Shown one piece after another: positions 39,365 through 52,962 of a stretch of DNA of 64,000 nt. The position numbers were made by a program, and so were the translations under genes. Under the pieces are notes generated by a model. It saw nothing but the letters and a program-made list of their open reading frames with translations, was not told the DNA's origin and did no database searches. The DNA comes from Phoronis australis (lineage: Eukaryota > Animalia > Phoronida). Position 1 is the first letter of the stretch, and every line of letters starts with the position of its first letter. The stretch spans positions 273,998-337,997 of the forward strand of contig NMRA01000021.1 in the NCBI GenBank assembly GCA_002633005.1, written 5' to 3'.

Positions 39365-42300
39365 GTAAGTACGTGGTGTCTGACAAATTTTGTTTGTTGG
39401 GCTAGAAAAAAATCACGATGGCCACAATTATGTTTTCAAGGGTTTCTAACATTTTTACCAATGCCCACGAATTTTCAAATTATTGTCTTTTGGAAACTGT
39501 CGGTTCAGAGCATGGAAAAAAATCTAAATCTTGTGCTACATAACTTGGATTGCAGAAATGAGAAAAAGAATTTACATGTTCCTCATGTTGAGTCTTTTGT
39601 TGGTGAGCTTTCACTTTGGTACAAGCTATTCAAATTAAAGGAATGAAAGTAGTAACCGTATGTCCATTTCATTTTGAGATAAAATTCTTATTTTTCTTCA
39701 AAAGCATTGCTGTCCCATTTTTTGTGGTTTATCAGAAATAACTATGACCTCGCTAGTTGTTTTTTTCATAGTTCTAGTTTTAAAAGTCCTTTTTCAACCT
39801 TCTTCTTCCTCTTGGCTTTAGTTTTTACGATTCAACAATTTGAAAGTTAAGTAATAAATTCTGTTTATTGCTAGACTTTGTCACATTTTGTATGTTATTA
39901 TGATGTCATAAGCTGACTGGTTTTTTGAGTGGGCTTCAGAGTTCAAATTTTCTTGTAAATTTCCCATTTTAACCAGCTGTACAGTATGCCCTGGAGACGC
40001 CAAGTCTGGATGTGAATGCTCTATGCTCTTGTTAGGGTTATTTATGAGAAAAATATGCTAATCCATAGAATTGAAGACAATCTTTCAATCAGTGACAACT
40101 GTGTGAGTACAATTAATCACATGTATGATCATAAGGTAATCAAGTGTGGTGCTTGGGCTATTTGCTGGGCTTGCTGTGCTGATATTTATCAGAATAGAGA
40201 TTCTTAAACCACTCTTAACCCAGGTGCAACCTCTACAGGCTTGGAGATGTTTTATTATAATAACCAGGTTACATTTAAGGACAAATGCAACGAGATCGTA
40301 TTGTGGCCTAGGCAGTTTAGACTTATAAGTCACGTTTAGGAACATTTCAGCCAACAATATTTGATAAAATACAGGCTGCCGGACCTTCGGAAACTGCTAT
40401 CATTCTTCAGCATTCATTACAAATTTGTTTGTGAATGTCCTTAGAAACAAGGGATATAACACACTTTCTAATCTCATTTGTACTTGGTAGAAAATAATAC
40501 AAAATTGAAACATTTCCAGATGAAAGGTTTGTGTTTTTCACAGGGCTTCATTTAGGATTTCGAAAATATGGTGTCCAAAATGGGGTTCCCAAAGTTGNAC
40601 CGCTTATACATTGTCCTGTTAACGAATTGAGGGGATGGGAGTTGGCGTAAAATGATCTGCTAAGCAACAAAGCACTCACGATAGCACTTACTGAAAGTTT
40701 TTAGTTTTCTTTCTGGAAATATGCGAGGATTGACTCGCTTGTTGATAAATATCTTGGTTTGTAACAGAGTTGGCTCACCTAACGTCAGTGCTTATGTGGT
40801 TAATTGGCTTTTCGGTGAATTATGAGTATTTATCGCAATGTCAAGGGATTTCATTTGGGTGTATTCGACAAAAAGCTAAGCAGATCTCGTCTCCTGATAC
40901 CGATCAGTCATTGTGTGGCAGACGTAGAACGAAAGACTCGTGCGCTGCCGATCTCATAAATTTGTGGTAATGCAATAAGCCTGGTGAACACAAGTCCAGT
41001 GCTGGGGTCCTTGCCAGTCTCTAAAGTGATTTAAATGCTATTGATGGCGATTGTGATATTCTGCAGAGATTCGCGGGTATAAAAACACGGGAGAACAATG
41101 AAATCGTGGCGAGCCGACGTTATCATGCTGTAGCAGATGACCTGTCCAAATTGAATTAACTTCATTCGCTATGATGTGATGCGTGATGTGAGATACGCCT
41201 TTGTACAAATGACTTCATAGTTTAACATTGTGATTGCTTATTATCTGGCAGAGGTTAATTTATCTGTATAGAATTATTTACAGTCAATGTTTCGCAAAAC
41301 CCGCAAGGTCATGTCGAAATGTTTTGCCAACTCAAATTCACTCACTTTTCACTTTTTTACTCTTTTACTTTTTTACTTTTTTAATTTGTTACTAAAATAT
41401 CATCTATTGAATTTTCTTGCTAACACAAGTATATCAACTACCTCAACAATTTTTTGCGTTCTTTTTTATTTATCATACCCGTTTTTGCCCTGGTTAATGC
41501 CCATGTTCTGCTTGCCACCTATCCCCAATTTATAAGAACGAGGCTTTCTTAAAAGGGCCCAGTGTCTTTGTGAGTGCGTGTCACGTCAGAAATTTAACTT
41601 CCACAAAGTACGCAGTTTGCCTACCTCTGAGTAACTGTCAAACAGTTTCAGCAGAACCTTACCTTATTTGGGCAGGAAAATGCCCTTATTCGATCTTCAA
41701 TGAATTTGTACATGAAATGGTTGTTTCGGCTCATGCACTGAGTCTAATATATCGTACTCGTGTGCGAAGAATGGTGAAGGCATTTTCTGAAGTAAAGTAA
41801 GGCCACTAAGGCCAGCTAATGCCTGGTGTTTACCTGGAAAAATGTGAAGACACTGCTTCCTAAAACTGGGTCACACTTACTGTCACTCCATTCTAGTTGG
41901 CAAGGCTCTTACTGCATGGCCAACCACACACTATGGTTTTGTTCAAGTCTTTGCACGTGAAGTCTTGACGTCAATGTAAATCCCTGGGCGTTGACCCAAT
42001 CGACCAGCGTTCGGTTACGTGGCTATCATTTTTAAGCACCTGAGTCGGGTAAACACCACAGCTAGAAGAAGCGTCTTCAATAATCAAAATATTCACTGCT
42101 AATTGAATTTTTGAAAATCTTTTGAAAAGACCCATGTAATTTGATCACTGGCAACCGTTGTGCTGAATCTGGGCCTGGAAAGTACTGAAGGTATTTACTA
42201 AATTGAATTGAAATATGGAATTGACCACTATGATTCACAAAAATTATTAACTTGTGCCGAAACGATGACCTGAAATCCAACACTATAATTGTCCACCTCC

Positions 42301-43633
42301 GTCCTGATGACACGAGACATATTCGTGGTCTTTGTTCATGGTTGTCTTATGCTCTCCTGAACTCTTTCCCTTGGGCAATTCACCTTGGAATCACTTTACT
42401 GTTATTAGCTAGCCTGCCTCATCATTTGTGTAATTGCTCTATTTTTCCTAGACTAGATTAATTTGAAAACAGTGGGCAAAAAACTTGGTTTCATGCACAG
42501 CTCACCTGAAATTTGAAGTACAGATGTTTCTTTCGAAATTAGTTTTGGTAATTAGAGATTTCCATGTAATCGGGTTTAATCAACTTTTGACATACTATAG
42601 TTGTTAATTACAGACCTAAACTTTTCTAATCGCCGCTAGTGTAAAACAACCTCATTCGTTGGCGTGTTTTAATTTTGCTATCATATGGTATAATCTTGAC
42701 ACATTTAACACAATGGATTTAAATTAAATTTCTGTACTAAATGCTATCACGTAAGCCATTGGTTTTCAGAATCAAAGTTATAACGTTAAAGATATTCTCA
42801 TTATACATAGGGAGTGAAAATACCTTAGCTTGGGAACTAAAAATAACAATTTGTATTGTTTTTAGGAATTGTCTGTGATAATCAGCATCTTCAGAAGCAT
42901 ACAAAACACTGTTTTGGCTCAATCTTCTTATCAGGAGTAGGGTACCTTCGAAATGTTTTTGCCCCGCCCACCCCCCCACCTCATCAAGGGTATGATACCT
43001 TCATAATGCTGATTACAGTCTTTATATGTTTTCCACCATTTTTAGGAAAATTTAAGTCATACATCTGCCGTTATATTTAATATGCTTTTGAAAATGTCAT
43101 GGATGTTCCCTTAATGAAATATGCTTTGGATTCCCCACCTAAACTATTGTTATGATTTGAAATGCTCCGTTTGTCTTTATCTTTTCTAGTCAACTCTCAA
43201 AAAATCTTTATTTATCAAAAATTGCCTTTTCAATAGAACCCATCGACATTGTTTGGTCAAATTCATGACATGTGGACGATACACGTGATTAAGAACTTGG
43301 TCGCTCTCTTATCTTCGCTCACAAGATGCATTTTACGTGCTTTCTTCATACTATTAATGAAACAGACCTGTGTTCAGTTGTTGATCCGTAATTAATTGTT
43401 AATCCAGACATATTTTTATAATAGTGATCTGCCCAAGTGGCCTTATAGAAGCCAATCTGCCTAGGAACTCCTTCTTAGCACCCATCAAATGTGCCAGATT
43501 TTGCAATTAGATTTATGTAATAGTTTTATAAAGCTCATCAAATTGGTGTAGTTATTGTTAATACATAGCTATTATGAATTGCGTTTAGAAATATCTGTTG
43601 GGATAATGATGCTTGCTGTAAACAGTCCCTTTA

Positions 43634-44143
43634 AGGCCCTTTCATGCTAACGTCGATGTGTCGATGTTTTGGGGAGTTGCAGTCAGTATGAACGGTTAAC
43701 TTCAGTCCTGGATCAAAGTTAACTTCGCAGTAAACACGTGGATTTAACACCGAAGCATCTACGCTGTGGTGCCGTGTGAACGGTCAACTTCCGTCGCATC
43801 AAAGTTATTGCCAAGCGCCACTACTATTGACAACAATTAAATAGAAAGAGCAGTGTTGTCTCTAATATTTATTAATATTTTGCTCGAATAATCATCAATC
43901 TAAGTAGAAATAAGTTTTAATGTCAATTAACGCACATATATGCTCTGAAATTGTCACATAAAAAATGTTAGCACACACGAGATGCATCAGTGCCACCTTG
44001 CTATTACTTCGATGACAACAGCGCCACCTCCTACCATTTGCTTCGATGCTGTTAACTACTGAAGCTGTTCTGAAGGATTCAATTAACTTGGCATTCATTT
44101 GACACTTGGCTCATACCAGAGTTAAGTTAGTGTGAAAGGGCCT
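43634..44143. mobile_element. Non-autonomous DNA transposon (PIF/Harbinger/Tourist-like MITE), copy 2
   Basis: Terminal inverted repeats AGGCCCTTTCATGCTAAC ... GTTAGTGTGAAAGGGCCT, TTA target duplication, internal blocks shared with copy 1 (TTTGGGGAGTTGC..TCAGTATGAACG.TTAACT.C.GTCCTGGATC). Confidence 0.85.
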
Positions 44144-47100
44144 TTAAAAACTGTTTAATTATACTTTCAGTGTTTATTATCTGTCACTACAACTTCTCGA
44201 ACATGAACATGATGACATAACTTGTGAAGATCATCAAATTGTGTTGTCAGTTTTGTCTTAGTTTAATTAGTTTTAAATTTAGATGTTAACATAATAAAAT
44301 GCTAACTTTACCCACATTGCATGTTGTAATTCTGGAGGCGGAAAGCTTATAAGTTTAAATGCCAAGTTGTTTTCGTATTTTGTAACTTGCCAGTTGTAAA
44401 TAACCAAATACACATGGTGGTCAGCTGGGCTATTGCAGTGCAATTGGGTGTCTTAATTAGATGAGGAACCGGTCCTGTCCCATTGTGCTCTGTCCTGTCC
44501 CTTTGTGCTCTATTTTAAAAGAACATCCTGGGGTTTTGTTTCGAATTGAAGACTATTGCATCATCAACGCAGATGTTAAGGAAGAACTATGCTAATCAGT
44601 GAAATCTGCTATTCGCCATGGCTGCAACGTTAAACCCATCTTTACTGCCAGTTCCTGTGAGAATTGTCCATTTTGATCAGTTTGAATACCTGTTCAGGTA
44701 ATTGGTTTTTAAGCACAGGTAGCTAATTGTGTGAACCCCAGGACTTGGTGGTGTTCCTATTCACGCTAATTGTTGGTATCACTGAAAATTACCCTATTTG
44801 ATGAATTTGGAGAGATCAGACGGGATCAGCAATTATAGTCCATTACCAGGCACCTATTATCCTCTTAAGGAATTTGCCTTGTTGTTTGTGTTGAGTCTTC
44901 TGTCCTGCTGGCAACCTGCTCAATTTGCCTGCAGTTTACCTGTATGAGACAGGTGTCATGTGTCGTGGGAACATGCACACATTTCAGATGGCTGACAAAG
45001 TCCAGAAAATGTTCAGAGACAATAGCAGACAAGGTCAGTCCCAGATTCAATAGGGCAAGCCATCTTCAAAACTTGAAGTATCCATCAGTATGGATTTAAA
45101 AATAATTTCCACTGCATTATTTCCTGCATCACTTTTGCGAGATGGGGTAAATTTGAATCACACGTCATAAGCTACCCCCTGGGACTGTTATTAAGGCTGC
45201 CTCTGACATCCCTTTTCAAGCAACTGTTGACAGAAAAATCCATGGATCCCATTATAATTGGGTTCTCTTCATGGTTAAGATTCAATATTTGCATTAAAAT
45301 TTCAATGCCTCCCTCACTCTGGCACTGTTACTCGCCAATTAGTTGGAAAGTCTCCTGGCTACACGCATAATTTTCTCCGTTTGAAGTCGCAACAAGTTGC
45401 GGAATTCCAGTTTTGCATGCGAGACTGTCTGTCGGAGGTATAATTAGCACTGGAGTTTTTTTTATCCAGTGCTACTCAGGTCTTGCACTAATCTAGATCT
45501 TGTTAAAGCACAGTTGTGTCACAGCGCGACGGTTTCATTTGAAGCCGGTCTCCTTTGAACTATGTTCCAGAATCTCAGACAACCTGTGCGGTGGACCGCG
45601 GTGAACACGCCAACTTGTACTCGTGGTCTTTAATTTAGCAAAGTTTTTGCCTGACTCTCCATGCTGTTCTGGGTATTTTTTCACAGCGATGCCGAAATTT
45701 GTTTGACTAATGGTGACCTGCTGATTTGGTGCCAGATCCCACTGTGCGTCATTACATGTTAAATTACCTTCAATTTAGTCCTAGAAGCTGGAGTATTCCT
45801 GTGGATAGATGCATGGCACAGTGATTTGTGTTGATATGTAGTGTGGACTGTATACTACTATTTCTGGGAATTTCCTGCGAAATTACTGAACCATTTCTGA
45901 AACTCTTTGTGTGGGTAAATATTTTTTCACAGGAAGCTGATCTAGGATATAGTTGTCAGATGGTATATGGGAACCCAATCTTTTTGGTTTTAGTATATAA
46001 GAATGCAAAATTGTGGTTAGCTTAGTGATTTATTTCAGTGGTAATACCCATGTTTGATATCTATTAATTGAAGCTGAAAGATTTTCTTTAGGATAACTGC
46101 TTTTCATGACGATAACACAAGTGTTGGATTTCCTGGGTTTGCTTTCTCCACTGAGGCAAAATTCTAGTTAATATTTTTCATGGAATGTTTCTCGGTCAGC
46201 TTACGATATTTTGAAATGAAAGGAGAAACTCTTTAACTCAGTGTGAGAGTTGTGGTTTCTGTGTCCAGTTGAAGCATTTTATGATCTTGCAGTATGTTAT
46301 GTGACCCCTGCCACTCAAGAGTCTTCCAACAGTCTGAGCCGGTGACACCTGGTGGCCGTTCTCTTTACAGCATGATTTATGATGACAACAGCTCTTTGCG
46401 AAATTCCCCACCTCAAAAAATTACATGCCACATCAGCCTAATGATGGACACGCGCACGTGGCATGGCGATAGCAGGATGAACTTTAATCATTGCTAAGAT
46501 GATGGCCAAAATCGTTGAAGCGTGTATTACACCAATTTTTAGCTGTGGTTTGAAGAGCATCGTTTTTCATTACCACTATACGATGGCAGCTCAATGGTTC
46601 ATTTTTTGCTCAACGACTATTAAACCTCTTACAGAACAGCTAAGGAAAATATATACGATACAATCTGTACATTAATTTAACTTTTCTTGTGAATGATATT
46701 GAAGAGGTATGATAGCTTATTTTTAATTCTCGAAACGATTAAATGGAAGCTCTTACGGAGACGACTTTATCTCGCGGGAGAATATGACACAACACAACAT
46801 CATGAACTCCATGCAGAGTGAAAGTTCGCAGAACTGCACAACAACTCTGGAATTTGTGCCAATAACGTCCCAAATTTAGAACAACGTCGGAGTGAGTCTA
46901 GCTCGCGAACACGAATACCCCACGTTTTGTGATCATCCAAGAAGTGACATTTGTTGCCTGTATGCCTTGACACGGGGTTGGGAGAATTAGATTTTTTGAG
47001 TTTTTTGAAGCGCACAAAAATAACCAAGTTTTATGTCGAAAATTTCACCATGGGGCTATGGTCTTGAGCTTCGCGGAGTTTTGACACGATCTATTCGGAT

Positions 47101-48893
47101 GTTGCTTAGGATATGAATATATAATACCCACTCTGTGTTGGTATATCAACCATTCTTCTGTCTTCTAATGGCAGCCTAGCCCAGCTGTTCTGCTGTTATC
47201 TGTGGGTGTTTGAGGAACATTGGCATGGTCCAAGTTGTTTTTCATGACAAAAACATGCTGCTAGCAATTAACACCAGTACCCTGAGTAGCAGTGAACCAT
47301 GACTCCTGTTTCTCAAGTGGTGTTACATGCACCAATGACTGCCAAACAACTTAAGTCTGGCCCTTTGCTCTTCCTTCCTTTATGAAGTGCCGTCCAAAAC
47401 AACTTACTCTAGTTGTCATTATGTTTAGTAGCAGTGTGGACTCTACTGCGCTGGGGCAATTTGGCAGACATGTGATAACTAACCCACCTTGTCATCAAAG
47501 TTGGGTAACATTGTATGTTAACTCGCCCTAGCACAAGTCGCAAACCTGCACACAAGGTGCTGTCACATACATAGGGGTGTCAATCATTTTAGCGCCATAT
47601 TACTCTCAAGGTGTAGTGTTTGTTGTGTGGATTGGTTGAATGGGTCCAAATTGCTTTTAGACATTGTTCTTGTGTAACTTCAGGTAGATATCTTTCATAA
47701 GAGCCGTGATTTTTTTAAACAAGTATTGCATTTTAATTCATTTAATTATAAATTATGTGTCAGATAACAACATTTGCGGTAATTCTCATATTTAGTGTGA
47801 CATGTGGTGGAGAAATGGAATTTTAGTTTATGAAATTCCGTATCAAAATTAATAATTTGAATCTTGACTCCATTATCAGCATAGTTTTTTATCTCATGGG
47901 CATCATAAAGGCATGGCTGTTAAACTTGAAGGTTTGACAATAATCATATTTTTTGAAAGAAGTGAAGAATCACTATAAACCTAGTTCAGCAGCAGATTTA
48001 CATTTGTTTCAAGTTATTTTCAGCAGCCAAAATTGGATGAGCAAACATCGCTTTTTCCTTGTGGACACATACTTAGAACAACAAACTGCATGGAATGCTC
48101 TTTTTGTTGCAGTTACGAATTTGTTGTTATTGGTGAACATGTGCAAAATGAAAGTGTGATTCTCACTTGTCCAATTTCATTTGGAAACTGGGAAAAGAAA
48201 TGAAATATAACTGGATTATATTTACGTTTGGAAAGTAAGAGCACACTTACCCCTCTCGCTTAAACTGCAACCTGTCAGTTGCTTCTGATTTGGGGCAAAG
48301 AACAAGACTAGAAAGTGGTCAGAATCAAACCTTATTTTTTCCACTGACTTATGGTCTCTTTCTATTTGATACCATATCCCGGCCAAGATTCTTTGTTTAC
48401 TTCTCCATTTATTTTTGGGAACACTGTGCATTGTGTGGGAAATGCATGAGTCATAAGCTAATATGTGACACTACTATACTAGTACATAGTCGGTGAATGC
48501 AGGTCGGAGATGGACTTTTCTAGTCGGATTATGGTCAATTTAGAAATTAATGTTGTTATTGTTGCTTTGTGTTTCATGTTCCTAAGTGGATGGGATGGAT
48601 TTGGCAGAGTCTGTGTAGAAGTGTTAGTTGGCTGCTTATTATGCAATCTTAAAACAGATCACAGCTTTAACAAATAATACACTAGATCGTTTTTGTTCTG
48701 GATCTTGTATATTTAGAATGCATACGAAAAAAGGATACCAAAGTCTCATTTTGTGTCCTCGATTGTTAAGTCTTTGTTACTGCACAATGCATTGTTTTTG
48801 TTCGTAGCTCTTTGAAAGTGTACTACCAGGACTTAATGTGAAATTGTCAAAGCATTTTGACAACGAATCCTGATTGGCTGGTTATTATGTAAC

Positions 48894-48971
48894 CAGGGTG
48901 TCACGTTTTGAAAACCAATTTTCTCCACTGAAAACGTGCATCAAACTGGTTCTCAAAATCCAGAACCCCTG
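48894..48971. mobile_element. Small CAGGG-ended (hAT-like) MITE
   Basis: Imperfect inverted repeats CAGGGTGTCACGTTTTGAAAACCAATTT / AAACTGGTTCTCAAAATCCAGAACCCCTG; related end at 36172-36213. Confidence 0.6.
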
Positions 48972-49944
48972 TAGGTGAAAAGTGCATGACTTGCCAAGTT
49001 GTGCACCTTCCTTTTTGCAAAGATATTTCTAGTCTCCTCTGTTCCCATACAAACTAATTTCAATTAAGAAATGCCAAGAGCCGAACGCTAACGAGTTTCT
49101 TTCCACTTCGTTCTGCAATCATCACCCAACCATACGACAATGATCACGCCGCAGTCTGAGTATTACTTGTAGCTAATAAAAAATCACGTCGCTGATTAAT
49201 TACTCTTCCTGTTTAATTTGTGTTTTTTTGGGAAAAAGATGGATAGCGCAAGTTGAAAGGAGCTGTCATAGCAATTAGCTGTTTACTGGTCTATCATTTA
49301 GCGTGAATCTTGACTTGCCAGTGGTCATATTAGAGTGATAATGAAGTTTCGTGTGAAAATAACAGCGGTACACTGGTCTAATGTTAACTGGGTATAACCA
49401 CTTGTTAATGCGGACAAGCTTTTGGTGAATAATTCAAGACCTTTGGAATTGCTAAATGGAGACATCGGCAATAGTAATAAGTTTGTCATTTTTGTTGTTT
49501 TATGTGCACAAAAAGTTACGTTTATTGTGACAGGAAAATATTTGTCAAGATATTCTAGTGTTCTAGCTGTATGGCGTAAGGCAAATTAACAAATTAATTA
49601 GATTTGTTTACAATATCATTTGTTAGTTATTGAAATTGTAACTGAATACTTAACCAACCTAAAGTGTTGTTTTGTAGCATTTTTGAAGTGTTTTATTAAC
49701 TCTTTACAACTCATTCACCTATATTGTCTGTAAGTTAGTATTCATAAATGTGTGTCGAATTACACATGATTTTATGTGGGTGATGTTATAAGCACAACAC
49801 CCCTTAACTATACACCTATATAAAAACATGTCTGTGCAGTTTAGATATTTATACAACACATTAAATTTAACCCACATTTTTTCTCTGTCTCTTGTTTTCT
49901 TTCTTGTGCTACGATATTTTTGCGTGACCACACAATAATCTTCA

Positions 49945-49961
49945 GGGTCATTGTGAGGTCA
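49945..49961 (+). promoter_or_regulatory. Consensus DR5 nuclear-receptor element (GGGTCA-ttgtg-AGGTCA)
   Basis: Exact match to PuG(G/T)TCA-N5-PuG(G/T)TCA. Function untested. Confidence 0.4.
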
Positions 49962-50080
49962 TGTGACATGGTTATTGCACTTTGTTATCGTGACTATGTA
50001 TGGTAAAAATATAGTATAACAAGTACGTTATGAAATGATAAATGCTTCCCGAATGACTCAATACTTTTCTCTCATTTCAG

Positions 50081-50139
50081 GTTTATCAATGCACGAAGGA
50101 GAATCGTGCAACCAATGATCGACCAATCAAATCGAGCAG
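50081..50139 (+). CDS. Meis: Meis exon: recognition helix 3 and end of homeodomain
   Basis: catttcAG acceptor and CAG|GTAAAC donor. Encodes (W)FINARRRIVQPMIDQSNRA(G), with the Ile at homeodomain position 50 typical of the MEIS/PREP class. Confidence 0.98.
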
Positions 50140-51948
50140 GTAAACCACTCTACTACGTTGGCGATGGAGGTTCGTGCATGATATTTAAAGCGACATTTCC
50201 CATTCATATTTACTTGAGCCATCCACATATATGCTGGTACCTTCTGCTTTAATGAATAACATGCAGCAAACGAATAACATCAATTTTTTATGTCTTTTGT
50301 CATAAAATGATCATAGTTTTTCCAATCTTAAGTATGGACTCCAGTCTCCAAAATCCTCATGTTGATGGCCTTTAAAAATAAGTGGGAAGTGTTGCTTTAA
50401 TGCTTTATCTAATAGCATGTTGTAATGCATACGTGGTGGTTTGCTTAAAGGGGTTTGCGATGAATTCCTCGACGGAATTTAAGAATTTGAAATGAATAAA
50501 TATTTTATGGTTAAACTGCAGTTGAAAACGTTATTTATACGGAGTTGGGGGTAAATATGCCTTTTCACTATTATGATCAAGAAGATTGGTTTTGTCACTG
50601 CTGCAGTGAATTAAAGGATGTAACCTGTTAAGGATACTGCTGTTTGTTTTAGAGATTTATTTCTTTGGAAATTTTTGAAATGATGTTTATTTTTTGGCTT
50701 AAGTTTTAAAGGCATCGAACTAGATTTCGTTGAAAGTGAATACTGTAAGTTTTTTAAAAACTGCAAAGAAAAAAGGCGTTTATCTGTGATGGAAGAAAGA
50801 TAGATATTGTTTTTATCATGGTTGTATTGCTGTGAAACTATTTACTATATATTCACCATTATCTGGTCAAGCGTGGGAATATTATTGATATTCTGTTTGA
50901 TTTGATAAGTATTGCATCAGTCATGAAAGCTTTCTGAGTTATGTTTTGTGGACTGTGTTTCCTTGAAGCTGTGATTGTGGTTTTTTTTTTACACAATTAA
51001 AACTATTTCAAGTTAAACCAAAAAGAAATATTGACATTCATTCTAGACAACAGGGGGCAGCATGTGCTTGCTTTACTAACAATCTTGCTTAGACTTTATC
51101 ATTGCTTCCTGATCACCAACGTCAGCTTCATGGAATGTAGTTCCATTACTGAAAATCTTTTTAGCAAAGTATATGTATCAAAATGTGTGGTTTGCTACAC
51201 TTGACTTTAAAAGACTGATGCATATGATGGTAATGTAGATTTTCTAAATTAGTTTTATTAAACACATCACAAAATTGTCCACTCGTATGAATTTCTGGTG
51301 TTAAATATTCATAATTACCTCTTAAAATCAATCCGTTTCCTAAGTCAAGTAATTGTAGTTTACATTTTTTAGCACTTGGTTTGTTATGGAACTTTTCTGT
51401 TGGTTTAGGAGATGTCAGCATATTTGGGTACCAACCATTGTTTTTATGAAGATTCTTTAATGAGGACACAGAAGTGCGGAATAGCGTAATTTTGTTCAAT
51501 TTTCTCAACCAAAACAAAAGCTTATTCTTAATTTTAGCACGAGTTGTCTTTGTGTGTTGCCATGGAACACATATCGTAACTGAAGCATATTACCTGTAAT
51601 TCTGGCATGCCTTTGAACTTGAATGGAAAATTTCGACTTAACCAAAAATCATCACCTAATCAGCACGCAATGTCGTGGACAATTAAAATGTTGCTTTGAA
51701 AATTTCTCAGTAAAAGTAGACAATGGTTTCGGTTTACATCGTACAACAGTCAGAGAACGGCATCAGGTAGAATATGGATTATGGATTATTTGTAGCAAGG
51801 TAGTACACATTTTCAGAAATTAACAAATGTGTATCAATACTAAAAGAATTATCAAAGACCGTTACTTGTGTCCAGTGTTGAGGAATCTTATCTGCCCACT
51901 TAAGTACAAGTTTTGTGAGAGTTGAAAATGTATTTTATTGTCTTCTAG

Positions 51949-52014
51949 GTCCTAGTGCATACAGCCCAGATGGTATGGGGTATATGGATAACCAACAAAT
52001 GCACATGCGGCCAG
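51949..52014 (+). CDS. Meis: Meis exon: post-homeodomain region
   Basis: tcttctAG acceptor and CAG|GTAAAT donor. Encodes (G)PSAYSPDGMGYMDNQQMHMRP(G), similar to vertebrate '[22 protein letters not shown]'. Symmetric phase-1 exon of 66 nt. Confidence 0.92.
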
Positions 52015-52962
52015 GTAAATATTACCCCTGCACAGGTATATGCAGGACTCTATGTAGTTGGGGGGGGGGGTGGCATGTGCCCTCCAAATAATTTTTGAAA
52101 TAATTTTTGATTCCCTGTAGTCCTGTGCTATACTGTGGTCTCAAAAAAATTCAGTTATACCTGACCAGCTTCACACTGCTTCCCAATATTTGCAATCATA
52201 CGGGATGCTCTATATTCTGTGGATGTCTTTTAAATTTTTTGTAAACAATACATTTTTAACAATTCTGTACTGCAGTTTCCATTCACACGCGCATTCACTT
52301 GAGAAAGGTAGATAAAACAACGAGAATTGGTATGGAAGCATTTGATGACTAGCAAAATTTTTGGTTCATTTATAACATTTACTGTCCATCTAAGAAATAT
52401 GCTTATCTTTTTGATGATACTTCTTAAGAATTACTTTAGATATAGTAATAGATAACCCCATCTAACCGATACTGGTAAATACGAAACTTTGCCAAAATTA
52501 ATATTTAGGTTATCAACCCAATGCTTGTAGTCAGTTCCTCATAGAATTATTTTCTTGTTCTTCTAGAAATTTTCTAGTACATTCACATTGTAAAAACGAG
52601 GGGTAGGGGGATTTTGAAACTTCCATTTTAACACAAATTTGTACTGAGAAGTGTGAACAAGCTCATTTTCCAACTAATCTCAGCTTAATTTATAAACAGT
52701 TTTCCAAAATACATCAGTGTTATTATTGGTATCGGGTGTTGACTTATTTTGTGATCATTTCAGTTCAACATACAAGTTATTTTGAAATTTCAAAAACTAA
52801 TTCCGGTTTTGTTGAAAGAACATCATTTGGGAATATGTTTAAACCATTTTGGTTTTCAGTCAAATATGAAGATTTCAACCAAAAAGAAGTAAAAATAATC
52901 TGTTTTCAAAAATTAATTTAAATTTTTAGTAATTATTTTCACTTCTATCCTGTTCATTTCAG

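Noticed and set aside
52043-52125. CAGGACT...AGTCCTG-bounded segment with a poly-G run, possible tiny MITE
   Set aside because: Only ~7-bp inverted repeats, no target duplication and no second copy in the window.
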